In this document: positions 53,501-64,000 of the stretch, piece by piece
How the letters are laid out: the number at the start of each line of letters is the position of its first letter
Numbering within the stretch: the first letter of the stretch is position 1
Assembly (NCBI GenBank): GCA_030141605.1
Contig: JAQGDQ010000496.1
Location: forward strand, 62,001-126,000
Direction: 5' to 3'
Length of the DNA stretch: 64,000 nucleotides
From: Tubiluchus corallicola
Taxonomy: Eukaryota; Animalia; Priapulida
Made by a program: the position numbers and the translations under genes
Notes under the pieces: generated by a model
Databases searched by the model: none
Seen by the model: the letters and a program-made list of their open reading frames with translations, nothing else
Told to the model about the DNA's origin: nothing

Positions 53501-56500
53501 CAAAGCCATTTTCCTTTATAAAAAGTAAAACTATCACAAAAGCAAAGCAGTAAGTAGTTAGCACACATCTAATGTCCAGTATAGCTTGTCATGATATAAG
53601 CTTATGGGCAAAGAAATAATACAAGGAATGTGGACTGAAAACCTGAGTGCAATTTATTTTACAATTTCAGCAAAATGATTTTAGTAAAATTATTTAAGCT
53701 GATAAAGAATTTTATAGAATGCTTTCTATATCTTCACTGATTAACTATTTTCATTTATAGCAAGCTGATTTTATGGATAAACAACTTTAACTTATGTCAA
53801 GCCATGTTAAAACTATGCTACCAGAGTACCTTGAACTATTCTACCTGCATTTTTCAGAAATGAGACTAAACCATATTAGACAATGTATGACATAATTTTT
53901 AGCAGAAATTACCCCATATCAAAAGTTAATACAGTACATAAAATCAGGACAGTAAAACAAAATGTATAGAAATGATGATGTTTGTTCCCTATTAGTTGAA
54001 GGTAATGAAATCACTTCAAAATGACTCACCTCTCCAGTCGCGTTATTACCAATAATAGCAGCTCCCAGTTTGCCTTGTTCTTTGTAATGACCATCAATGC
54101 TGGAAAACAAGTCATATATTATAGGTTTATTTTGGAACGCACAAGCGCTTGAAAAATTTGGCAAGGCAAAACTCAAAATTCAAAATATTATATATAATTT
54201 CAATACTAGCTTAGCAGAAATAATAATCGCAGAGAAAATATCTGCTTTCAGAATTATTCACTTTTAAAATCATTCATTTTCAGTAACAATCATTTCTGAA
54301 ATCATTCACTTTCAACTTATTCTTCATGCCGTTCGCTTTCAAATTCATCAACTTTCGTTCTGTTTCAAAGTCACTAATTTTCAACATCATTCACTTTCAA
54401 AGTTCATTCACTATCATCTCCTTTTCATATGATTCTCTTTTAAATTCATAAATTTACTTTCAGTATCATTCTCCACACAGCTAGAAACGAGGCTCAGCAC
54501 AAACTGGCATGTACAACTGTACACGTTATAGTATCATACGTACAATTTAAAGCAGTGGACGGCAGTTGCATGTTTAACGGTCATTGCTGATCCTTGACCC
54601 GTATTTTTGGCACTAGCTTTAGAAGCACTTGAATCAGTTTCTGCAACACATATATACAACTAACATTAGCCAATATGAAATGCTGACAGATTCTCGGCAG
54701 GCTAGCAGGTATAGCTATTAGAAATACTTGAAATGCAGTTTGTTCATTATATTCAACCCAGCACTAGGCACTGTAACAAGCTAATTTTATTGATAAACAA
54801 TTTTCTAACATATAAATTTACATTAGTAGGACTTCAAACTCGATGATGAGAAAAGCAACATTGTATTCTGAAAGAGAAGCCCAGTACACCAAGAATGAGG
54901 TTTGGCATGGAAAGTGTAGGTGCTAGTGACACCTGGTGAACATTTTCGAAATCTTTTTAGTTTAACATTTTTAAATTTGTTGTATTACAGTCAATCAGAC
55001 GTCAGAAGCCAACTTTCGGTATAACTACCTGACTTACCTGACCTAATTTACCTGTTCATATTGACTAATGTGAGCGATTATGCCATTTTTTTCATTCTGA
55101 TAAACATAATAATTTTTTGTGATCCAGGAAGCCATTTTAGTCACCAAATTGTAAATTTTGTGAATTCAGATTCTATTAACTTTCTCTTATAAATTAATGT
55201 AAGCATTAACTATTTTTGCTATAAGTTAGAAACATATTAGGTGATACACATTATATTTTTGTAAAACTTCTGTAAATTCCCATTTTCACCTATTAATCTG
55301 TTAATTACTTCTTTGTTGTTGCTTAGAACCACTTTTTTATACTGAATAAATTAATTTCAGGTTTATCCCACCAGGCAGCGCCGGACTTAGCTTTTCTTTT
55401 GAATGTTTTACCTGGGCACAGGTATTGTAGTTTTCAGCAGATGATGGACTATAGCAGCTGCAAAACTGATATGTAAACTCAGAATTGTCGTCACAATTTT
55501 CCAGTCATTTCACTCTAAACAAAACTTGCTCTTAATGTTTATTCAACTTCTTTGCTTTAAGAAGGCAACTCTATTTGCAAAGCTTTTCCTCTCATATTTT
55601 CCAACTGAAATCTTCATATTGTAATCTGTGAGTTCTTTCGTATTGACTCCTAATGATGCACTCCTCAATAACAAGACGCAGTTATAAATTCCATTCATCA
55701 GAGCATTGTCATTATAGTGTAATGCACTCTAATATCCTGTATTTAACACAATAAACCGTTTCACTGTTCCAGCAATTGATGGTGAGCGTGAAAAGGTCAA
55801 AGGTTAAGTGAACCAGACAACGTACTTGTGTATACTTGAAAACACCTCACAGCCCATGCTATTGTAATAGTAGTTAAAAACAGGAATGAGAACTACGTAT
55901 AGAACCTTACCTACTTCAGTTTTCTTGTTCCAAAGCAAGGTCCCAAGATCCCAAGCAAGTACACTTAACCTCTGACCTACAGCAACTACGTGTGTGCACA
56001 ATGAAATTCTGAAAAAGCTTACTCACATAACATAACACACATGCAGGAACGTTTTTTTGCAATGTTCCGCAAACTCTCTATTCAAATGTAGAATGGACTT
56101 GTGTGCCTTTTACTGTTTGAAAACCCCAATTTATAATAGTAGCATTTCATAGCATCGATTATTGCCAGAAATCATTAAAGATCGACATATATGACAAAAG
56201 TGACAAGCAATTGAAAAAGAATATGTCACAATTTTTTCATTGTTCATACAACATTATGCGTGGTTTGTACTTCACCTATTTTTGGTGTAACAGCTCATGC
56301 CGCACAAGTGGTTTGAGCCATAGATATGTGTGTAGCCACAGATATACGATGTGGTGTGCCTTGGGTAGGTAGAAGGAGAAAAAAGATGGTGTGCCAAGTT
56401 GGCATTTTTATTTTTTGTTTAACAATTGATATAATACTGAGTGTGAACTATTTGCATAAAATAAATATTTATTTTGTGTTTGGAACAATATTTGCGAGCT

Positions 56501-58890
56501 GTAAATCTTTGAGTAGTACATCTATATCAGTCTGTCTGTTGGGTACATACAAGTTTCCTTACCTGTTAAATTTGGTTTTGCCCCTTTAACTGTCATCAGT
56601 CATGTGACCAGGTAGATGGCCAGGTAGACATTACTCTAACTTGAAATACAAGTTGATATGATGTGAAATATGTGAATTGATTTGTATCATTTCGCAAGTT
56701 ATAAGTGCCAAAACTCAGGGAGACCACATGTAAGTGTTTAATTATCTTTGTTGTAACTGCTTTATATAAATAGGGCTATATCGCTAATATTTTTTGTATA
56801 ATTATAATAGAAAATCGCATAATCTAATTTACTAATTTACCTGCATCAAACTTTTATTTTTTGCTGAAAACTCATTGCTGTAATTTATTGTTACAGATAA
56901 AATGGCAATTGCCTCATATTAAACATATTTGGATGTTCTGGGGTGTAAATGTAGTACACTGTTAGACATAAGAATTTCTCCAACCATCTGGTCGACAGCT
57001 TTTATTTTAATCCATTGACATGATTATTTTTTCTAACAGCATGCACCTAAATAATTGCACGATATGACACGCATCATCACGAAAACAAGAGAAATATGTA
57101 CAAGCCTCTGTTTTCTTCTGCAACAGAATTATGATATGCAAGTTCATGAATGCCAACAGTTATTAAATTAAATATCCGACGGGTATTGTGTACTGACTTC
57201 GTGTGTAAACAGTGCATTCTCAAAGCATGTGGTTGCTAAATCTTTCAAAGATAAATTTCCCAAAACGTTTCAAAAATTTTAACATGTGTGATTTTTGAAG
57301 AAAATGGATGAATTTAACACCAGGCCTTGATTTACAGTTTTTCCCATAACTAGGTAGCAAATTTACCTTGCTACATTCATCCTACATTCTACCTTATATG
57401 CAAAAGTAATTATTAGATGCTGTAGCTCGATCATTTTAATAGCTTTGCGACTTGGGACTGTTTATCTTTATGCATGACTACATGCAAAAGCTTATTACCT
57501 TGGTCATCAGCATCAAAATCTTTATGAACTTATTTGGCATTTGAAAGAATTATACACAACGTAGTTTAATAAAACTTACCTGGTTCTAACTCATGTTTCC
57601 GTGGTTGCTTAGGTGCTGTGTAAGTAAGACTGTTATTGCTCTCCTCAAGTCTTTGATCCAAGTTGAAAAGAGAACCCAGTTTGCTCCTAAAAGTGTTTCA
57701 AGAGTAACAAATCAACAAATAAAGTGGCTTGATAATCTGCTGACATTCAGTTTAATAATACACAGTATATACAACTTTTGGCTATAAATATACCTACTTA
57801 CATTACAATTATAGGCATGCATTTAAATGTATATACATGAAATGTTGTAACAGCATTTTGCAGTCGTGACACATCTATATTTGATATTCCATAAATTAGC
57901 CCCACCCCACTTTTTGTTGTTTACTAATCAATTGCTTTAAACATATTCTAAATCCAAATATCTTTTTCCAAAAATAAGACGAAGTATTTTCAGGTTTCTT
58001 TAGTTGCTGTACATACCAGATAACTAATTATGAAACGCTTTCAGTTAAGCCTGTACTTGTACTTGAAATCCAAGTACAAATTTATTGTACAAAGCTCAAA
58101 TTATTAGAATCCATTCGCAGCTCTTTCAACAATGAATATTGGATCAAAATTTAGAAGAGTGAAGGTAAAATTGCCACGTTGAAAAAGCTCAATAAATGAA
58201 AAGTTTGCCAATTTGCCATTTGACAATTTTAATCAAAGCTTAATATCTTTATCATAGAAAATACAGTGAAGCTTCTGACAAGTCACTGAATTTTCCAATA
58301 GGATAAACTCTTAATCTTTGAAACATAAAAGACATAAATCTATGTGAGTTTAGAGCCATATGTTCAGCTAGCTTTTAAGCCTCCAGTCTATCAGCCGTTA
58401 AATTATCATCGTTATCACCAGAAAATGAAGCACTGTTTACTGTTCGAAGTAAAAGGATTCACAAAATTTTAAATTAGTGCCCCAAAAAACAGTTGCGTGA
58501 ATTATTTATATGAAAAAGACAACATTGTAAAAAAACATTGCAGGTATTTCGATAATGTTAAAGATATATTACTGGATAATTTTTGGGCATCTTACAAACC
58601 ATCACTGAGAACATAATATCTTTTTGCTGCCTGAACTATTTGATACAAAATGAATTAGTTGATTGCGTTTGAAATTTTAGGACTGCCAACCAGCTGTAAT
58701 TGGTGACCAAATTTAGTCAGCACACCTTAGCCTTCTAGAATATCAACAAAATCACAAAACTGTAAATGCTTATCTCCTCAGAAGAAATTTAGCGATTCAA
58801 GTGTTACTTTTCTTAAATGGTCTGTTTGTATAGCAAAACCGGTACTTACTTGCCCGCCAATGAAAAGTCGTCATCATCTTCTGAAAACAT
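30239..58890 (-). CDS. FKBP15: FK506-binding protein 15 (FKBP15/WAFL/FKBP133) orthologue, 23 exons, ~1401 aa
   Basis: Exons: 58850-58890, 57580-57686, 54544-54640, 54030-54099, 53128-53202, 51859-51957, 50214-50432, 47553-47696, 46913-47038, 45910-46038, 43301-43493, 42900-43069, 42101-42190, 38462-38584, 38122-38216, 37270-37372, 36461-36632, 34898-35550, 34463-34570, 33012-34061, 31531-31649, 30530-30677, 30239-30313 (4206 nt, all GT-AG, phases consistent). Motifs: MFSEDDDDF, KLGSLF, YTAPKQPRK, WH1-like QGKLGAAIIGN/NNYASFYD-QNW, FKBP domain (GKVIKGWDEG...IPPNSTLIF), KAKLISRMAKMG, coiled coil, VKKVMNSVY, C-terminus PPPLFGDDDDDDDLDWLK. An in-frame ATG at 58905 is an alternative start. Confidence 0.93.
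32210..32412. repeat. ~83-bp tandem repeat x2.5 (intronic)
   Basis: GTGAC(C/A)..AAATG(C/A)ATC.TA(C/T)TTATC recurs at ~32217, ~32299 and ~32382. Confidence 0.75.
39160..40330 (-). mobile_element. CR1-type LINE reverse-transcriptase fragment (pseudogenised) in FKBP15 intron 13
   Basis: Frame-shifted pieces: DVLYLDFKKAFNLVPH..LLVK, VGSGIPQ, LIFIN, IEKWCEEWLL, WNKLPMETIQAPSVNSFK. Confidence 0.85.
41031..41206. repeat. Identical ~73-bp direct duplication linked by (TA)n
   Basis: AAAACTAATATTAGCTTATTTCCACTGTG...GTTTTTAGTTATATATATATA at ~41031 and ~41132. Confidence 0.9.
41561..41931. mobile_element. piggyBac-type MITE
   Basis: TTAA|CCCTTTCAGTCCC ... GGGTATGAAAGGG|TTAA: TTAA target duplication with CCC-starting TIRs. 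Confidence 0.8.
44537..45680. mobile_element. Composite repeat: 15-bp minisatellite arms + HINE-like core; copy 2 (inverted relative to 10182-11025)
   Basis: AAAAATGGCACAGG repeats at 44540-44660, inverted TGTGCCATTTTT repeats at 45440-45600. Subterminal inverted motif CCTCTGCCAAGG (~44717) / CTTTGGCACAGATCT (~45351). TTAGGGTT/AACCCTAA motifs. Confidence 0.7.
48671..48745. mobile_element. GC-rich hAT-type MITE end
   Basis: CAGGGCCTATTTCAAGGGGGGG...CCCCGGGGCCTC, a typical hAT non-autonomous terminus. The partner end was not found. Confidence 0.35.
49680..49932. repeat. Diverged ~125-bp tandem duplication
   Basis: GCTGCCTGT...ATCACTGGTTT...CTGCTTGTGGTTTCTTATTAAAAAAC occurs twice. Confidence 0.8.
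54250..54470. repeat. Degenerate ~16-bp minisatellite (ATCATTCACTTTCAAA)
   Basis: Repeated TCATTCAC(T)TTTCAA units in FKBP15 intron 3. Confidence 0.65.
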
Positions 58891-60578
58891 CTTGGATTTC
58901 AGCATCGAATTAGCATACTTTTCAGATTGTTTTGCAGCACTAAAATGATAATCAGTCTGTGATTCAAACAAGGAACACTTGATTGGCAGGTAATTGGGCA
59001 AGTTGCAACTTTGTTATTTCTGTTTCTATGATAAAATGTCCCATAACTAGTTTAAAACATGCAAAAGGTATACATTAATTTATTGATAATTGTGTGATGT
59101 TCTTTGCCAGCAAATCACACGTATTTTTTTCGCAAATTAAAACTGGTTACAAACATCATCATCAATGTCAATTTTTCGAACTAATGAAGTAACTCTATAA
59201 AGCCATTTTTTCGTCATAGCACTGGTGTCTTGTTCTCGTTCATTTACTCTGGCATTTATTCATTATGAGACAAGTAATGCATATTCCATGACAACTGTAA
59301 ACGTATCTGTTAACAATTAGCATACTACTGTGAAAAACCATGCGCTTGTACAGGCATTTATTAGTTTGACATGCTAAAAATGTTTTCTCTTGTTGCTAGA
59401 TTGAGGAACGCAAACCTGTGACATTTTGCGAAGATGTTTTTTCTTTGTTCTTCAAATAAACTTATAATCATAACCATAACTAGTTGTCCTTAGTTAAAAT
59501 TACTGTTTGTGTACACATAGAACCAGGAAAAGAAAGGTTTAACAGTAATAAACTACCATCATTTCAGAAGCAGTAAGCAAAGATAATGTAAAATGTCTGC
59601 AAATTATTAGTTTTTGTTACAGTCATTTCAGGAGTAAAAACCAAAGACCAGGTAGTGTGTGCGTGCTTTATTGAAAATCAGTGGTACGTTTTTTTAATAT
59701 TGTGATGTCACAACAGGCCACTATTGTAGAAAAATTGTTGAATGACTTAGAGGAACCAACGGAAGAGCATCATCTGAAACATAGCATGCAAACATACACA
59801 AGTGTGATAAAAGAGTGACGCAATGCTTCACATTCTAAACTAGTTCTGCAAAATTGGGCACAATAATCAGTACTGATAATGGGCTTATTATAATGGTGCA
59901 ACATGCATAAAGTTGTGTATTGACAAGAGAACTCATATAATAAGCTGGTGCGTCTTTGGTGTAGCGTGCTCAAACCAAGTGCTCTCCTACTGTTTAGTAT
60001 CAATATAAATATTATCCATTCAGCATAGGTTGGATATTTTATGAGTTTCATCATAGGCATATAACAAAATCATGAAACTCATTATCTTCCTAGTGCATTG
60101 CATTGATGTAAACAACGATCCCTGAACTGGCTGAAGCCAGTATAAGCGCGCCATATATTCTTATGAAAGCCTGTAACACACATAGAACATCTACTCAACA
60201 AGCACGATTTTAGTAAGAATTGTAAAACAAAAATGTCGTTAGAAACTAATCCAGTAACGAGCATTCAAAAGCGTAATATATTATTATAAACGTCGAGTAA
60301 ACGGTCAGCGGAAAAGGGATCACAAATTTTAGTGACAATTACCGTACGCCACCATTTACGCTATTCACAGAATACAGTTATGATTTCCCGAAAAGTAAAC
60401 GCACCGCAGTTAAAATAAAAACCTTTTATTTCCTATTTTCCTTTGTCAGACTACGCGTTTTCGCCCTTGAAGATTTGAACTAACAAAAAAACCGAGAGGG
60501 GTCAGCTACTGACATATATTGTTATTGCAGTGCCTAAGGATTGTTTAGCAAATACACTTATAGATTTGCTAACAACTG

Positions 60579-60628
<50 letters not shown>
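60579..60628. repeat. (AAT)n microsatellite
   Basis: Pure AAT run. Confidence 0.95.
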
Positions 60629-60629
<1 letters not shown>

Positions 60630-61629
60630 TATAAACAATTCTCTAAAGTCAAAACTGACTAGCAGTAATAATGTAAAACTCTAAAGCAGGTTCTTAGAAC
60701 ACAAAACAAACCCTAGAAAACATTTAATTCAACCACTGTAAATAGAAAATCAACTATTATTAACACTACCGAATCTAATATACAAATATAACTATAACGT
60801 TCTGCCACTACATATACAAACATATTCAACGATATTAACAAGGGAGTTGAAAAAATACTGCCACTTTTGAAAGGAATCTAATGGAAGACCAGACAACATA
60901 CGTCAAAAAAACCGCAAAACATAAATATCGGTTTAACTCAGGTTCACTCAAACTTATATCCTCAACTAATCTTAGTTTCTAAAAAACAATTAAAATCGCT
61001 CCCTTTAATGCGATTGAGCCAGTAAATTGAATTGATAAATTAATCACATGGGTATTATAGTCCATCCTTAATTTTTAGTTTTACAATACCTGCCTGTCAA
61101 ACAACTAAAGTAATTACAAATATAATAACTGACGAACAAAAGCAAAACAAAAACTTGTCGTATAAGTTATTAACACCGGATTTGTTTTGGGGAACCCGAA
61201 TCTCAATAATGCAACTAAAACAATCGCTGTTGTTGACTACAACACCGCGCCTCTTTACTGTTTACACATTTTTAAGGCAGACTTGCATCATCGTCAGGGT
61301 TACAACCTCGCAAGCCAGCTAGAAAAATGTTAAGTTATAAGCTAATGAGCACTACTATCCTATACTTCAAAGCATGTTTTATTTAAAATTATGTATTATG
61401 TAAATATGACGTGCAATAGTTTTTATCCACAAAATATCATTATTATAAATAGTGCAAAAATTAAACCTTTCTAATAACGCATCAGCAAAATGCTGGGTCT
61501 AAAATTCTAGTTTACTAATATCTAATTATTCATTGACACCATTGTACAATATCAATCGAAAAACTGAATGTGCACAATTACTTAATAGGTACTGTATGTT
61601 TTTTGTGCATGTTTTATTACAATAAAGAA

Positions 61630-62351
61630 ACGGATGGCGCAGAAAAAAATGTGCCAATCTTCAATCTTTAGATTATAACCATATTAAAAGGACTTGACCT
61701 ACAAAGCAGAATTTTTTACAACTTACTTGATATTAATGTACATTCACTTTTGAGTGTAAAATTTATGAGAGTAGAGCTTTAGTATTTTTTATTTTATGGC
61801 TAAAAAACTTTTGCATGTTAAAAAATTGAATGCCGGAATAATATCAGCCATAATCATTAACTGAAAAACAACCACGTTGACGTATAAAACACTCGATATA
61901 CTTGACCGCAAAACAATAAGGAAATCAAGGAATTTGCATAATGGTCTTCACCACAAAAAATAAAGCACTGACGAAGGTTTGTTGCTAGAAAAAAAAGGGA
62001 TAATCCTTTGCATTACAAAATCTGGAATTTCCTGAAAGAGAAAGTTTTCAATAGCCGCACACAGCCATTTGATGCAAAGGAACTAAAGACAAAAATTACT
62101 GAGTGGTTGGATCAAATACGTGAGAAACTGGCAGCTGCTGCAAGAAATGCCTTCGTCTAGTTCGCAGTAAAAATGGTGGACACATTGAGCACGTGCTGTT
62201 GATTTTAGCAATAGTACTAACACAAAATTAGTATTGTGTTTTACTGCAAACACTGGCATTTAGTTTTTGCTTGTTTATTTCAAACTTCTATCTTTGGACA
62301 AATCCAGGAAGATTACCAAAAATTTTGGGTGTTTTTGAATAATCATCTGTA
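61630..62351 (+). mobile_element. Internally deleted Tc1/mariner transposon with transposase C-terminal relic
   Basis: 61999-62202 reads DNPLHYKIWNFLKEKVF...ELKTKITEWLDQI..(frameshift)..VRSKNGGHIEHVL*, matching the (SP)DLNPLD..W..LK...GGHIE signature. The right end is ...CATCTGTA; TIRs are degenerate. Confidence 0.7.
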
Positions 62352-62704
62352 ACATCAGTGAGGTAATTTTAAGAAGAATCGTATTTTAAGAAGATCTTCT
62401 TGTAACATCGTGATCGAACCTCCAGCACAACTCCAGCCTAATATAAACATATTACAGTAACCTTGTAATAATAGAGACGAACAACCAGACACGATGAAAA
62501 TAAATAGGGCCTATACGTTCACCAATTTATGTGTGTAACACTGTGCACCATAAACATATCGTGATAATGTTTATTTGATAACAATGTCTACGCTACTTGT
62601 TTATTTGTTCAGTTTGCAAGCTCTCACGCTTATCATTAAAAATCTCCTTTATAATACACCTCTTAGGCCTAGTCGATTATTAGCCTTCACAATTACGGTG
62701 CAGA

Positions 62705-62801
62705 ATGAAATTTCTGGCAATCATCGCTGTTCTTGCTATTGCGGTTACTGGAGACACTGGTCTGCACTCCGCAAGACCTCGATGGCCACGGCTGCCACCC
62801 G
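62705..62801 (+). CDS. First coding exon of a secreted protein/peptide (signal peptide + Pro/Arg-rich segment)
   Basis: MKFLAIIAVLAIAVTG-DTGLHSARPRWPRLPP, then a consensus donor G|GTAAGT at 62801/62802. A TATA-like TTTATAATA lies at ~62648. Confidence 0.65.
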
Positions 62802-63479
62802 GTAAGTTTCATTACTACACAATTCCACTTTGTGCTGCGTTCAAACTTCGGACTGTATGGTGCATATTTGGCAAGATTTTCAGAAAATTTCACCAAATTT
62901 TTGAAGTTTTTTTTTCACAAATTACCCCATTTGGCTTCATTGATATTGCCGAACCCTGTGAAAATTTGTTTATCGATATTCTGGTGAATTTTGCCCTAAG
63001 TCGTAACGTCCTCCTATTTCGTGTCCTACTAGTTTAAATGAGCTTCAAAATTCCGTGAATCATTTCCTTTGCAATGGGAATGTCCTCTTGTGATTATTTC
63101 TCTTACTGTGTAAATGTTATTGATCTGGATTTTTGTTACGCGGATAGTTAATAAAATATTGATTTGCGGAATAAAATCACCTTTTTTATTCGCCTTTAGA
63201 GTCACAGAAGCCCCGGGTAAAGAACTCACGGGCGTATCTTCTGAAATTCAGTCTTTCAAGTACCTGAATTAGACTATGTATTCCTTGGACCCGCTGAGTC
63301 ATAAATAGCTTAAGATCGTTACAAATAAATTGATAAAAAACTTGCAATTTCGTGCAGGCTGGGGTGAAATGTTTCGGAAAAATGCCGCTAGTGGAATAAG
63401 TGGATTTGTTGCAATTTCGTCTCTGTTGTTTCTTAACTAGAAAATGGCTTCAGTTATCTATCCATCTTTTAGTAACCTT

Positions 63480-63850
63480 AAATAACCATAAAGAAAAGAG
63501 ATTTTCGTTCGTTAATAATCCAATTAAAATTACAAGACAGCGAAGAGATTGCCAAATACCGTTAGCAAGAACAACTTTGTCATTTCGTGGTGTTAAGTTA
63601 TGGAACGTTATGAAAATTGGGTTACTGTGTTTAAAAAACGTGTCAAACAGAAAATTTTTAGAGAAACACAGATGGTTGATGGCATTTTACGTACATTATA
63701 TCTTAAATATCTTTTAAAATATGCATTTAATTGAAACACATTTTTAATACTAGATGAACTATATTATAAGAATTATTTTTAATAACCATGTTCAAAAGGG
63801 GAAGGACTCTATAAACATTAAACTTCATTCTCCCTGTATTTTTATTTCTT
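63480..63850 (+). mobile_element. L2/CR1-type LINE 3' end fragment
   Basis: TRQRRDCQIPLARTTLSFRGVKLWN motif and a 3' stem GGGGAAG...TTCTCCC. Confidence 0.45.
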
Positions 63851-64000
63851 GAATGAATGTTGTGCGCTGAAAGCAGATGTATTTGCGTTAAAACGTTAAA
63901 GAAACATGATAAGCTTTTAACTGCTTGAGTTTATATGTCAAATAATATAGGTTGGACGATACCAAATGATGATTCGAAGGTTGTAGGCGGCACTAATACA

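Overview
AT-rich, intron-rich animal (invertebrate-type) genomic DNA; nothing prokaryotic is present. Manual splicing on GT-AG boundaries with consistent phases gives five genes. (1) The first four coding exons of a CCDC50/Ymer-like gene on - (7621 to 466), which runs off the left edge. (2) A ~416-aa type-I membrane protein with three Ig domains (Fasciclin III/nectin/CADM-like) on + (13271-22016), with a possible alternative tail ending at 22140. (3) An NCS-1/frequenin-family Ca2+ sensor on - (25583-26152) whose CDS has no introns. (4) A complete 23-exon FKBP15/WAFL orthologue on - (58890 to 30239, ~1401 aa). (5) The signal-peptide exon of a small Pro/Arg-rich secreted protein on + (from 62705). 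Introns and intergenic DNA carry MITEs (Harbinger-, Tc1/mariner-, piggyBac- and hAT-type ends), an Academ-like relic, a composite Helentron-associated repeat present twice, CR1/L2 LINE fragments and microsatellites. Notable points: this FKBP15 keeps a full FKBP12-like active site, the NCS-1 is divergent with fungal-like residues and uORFs, and the Ig receptor appears to have two alternative cytoplasmic tails. Family assignments come from recalled motifs, not database searches.
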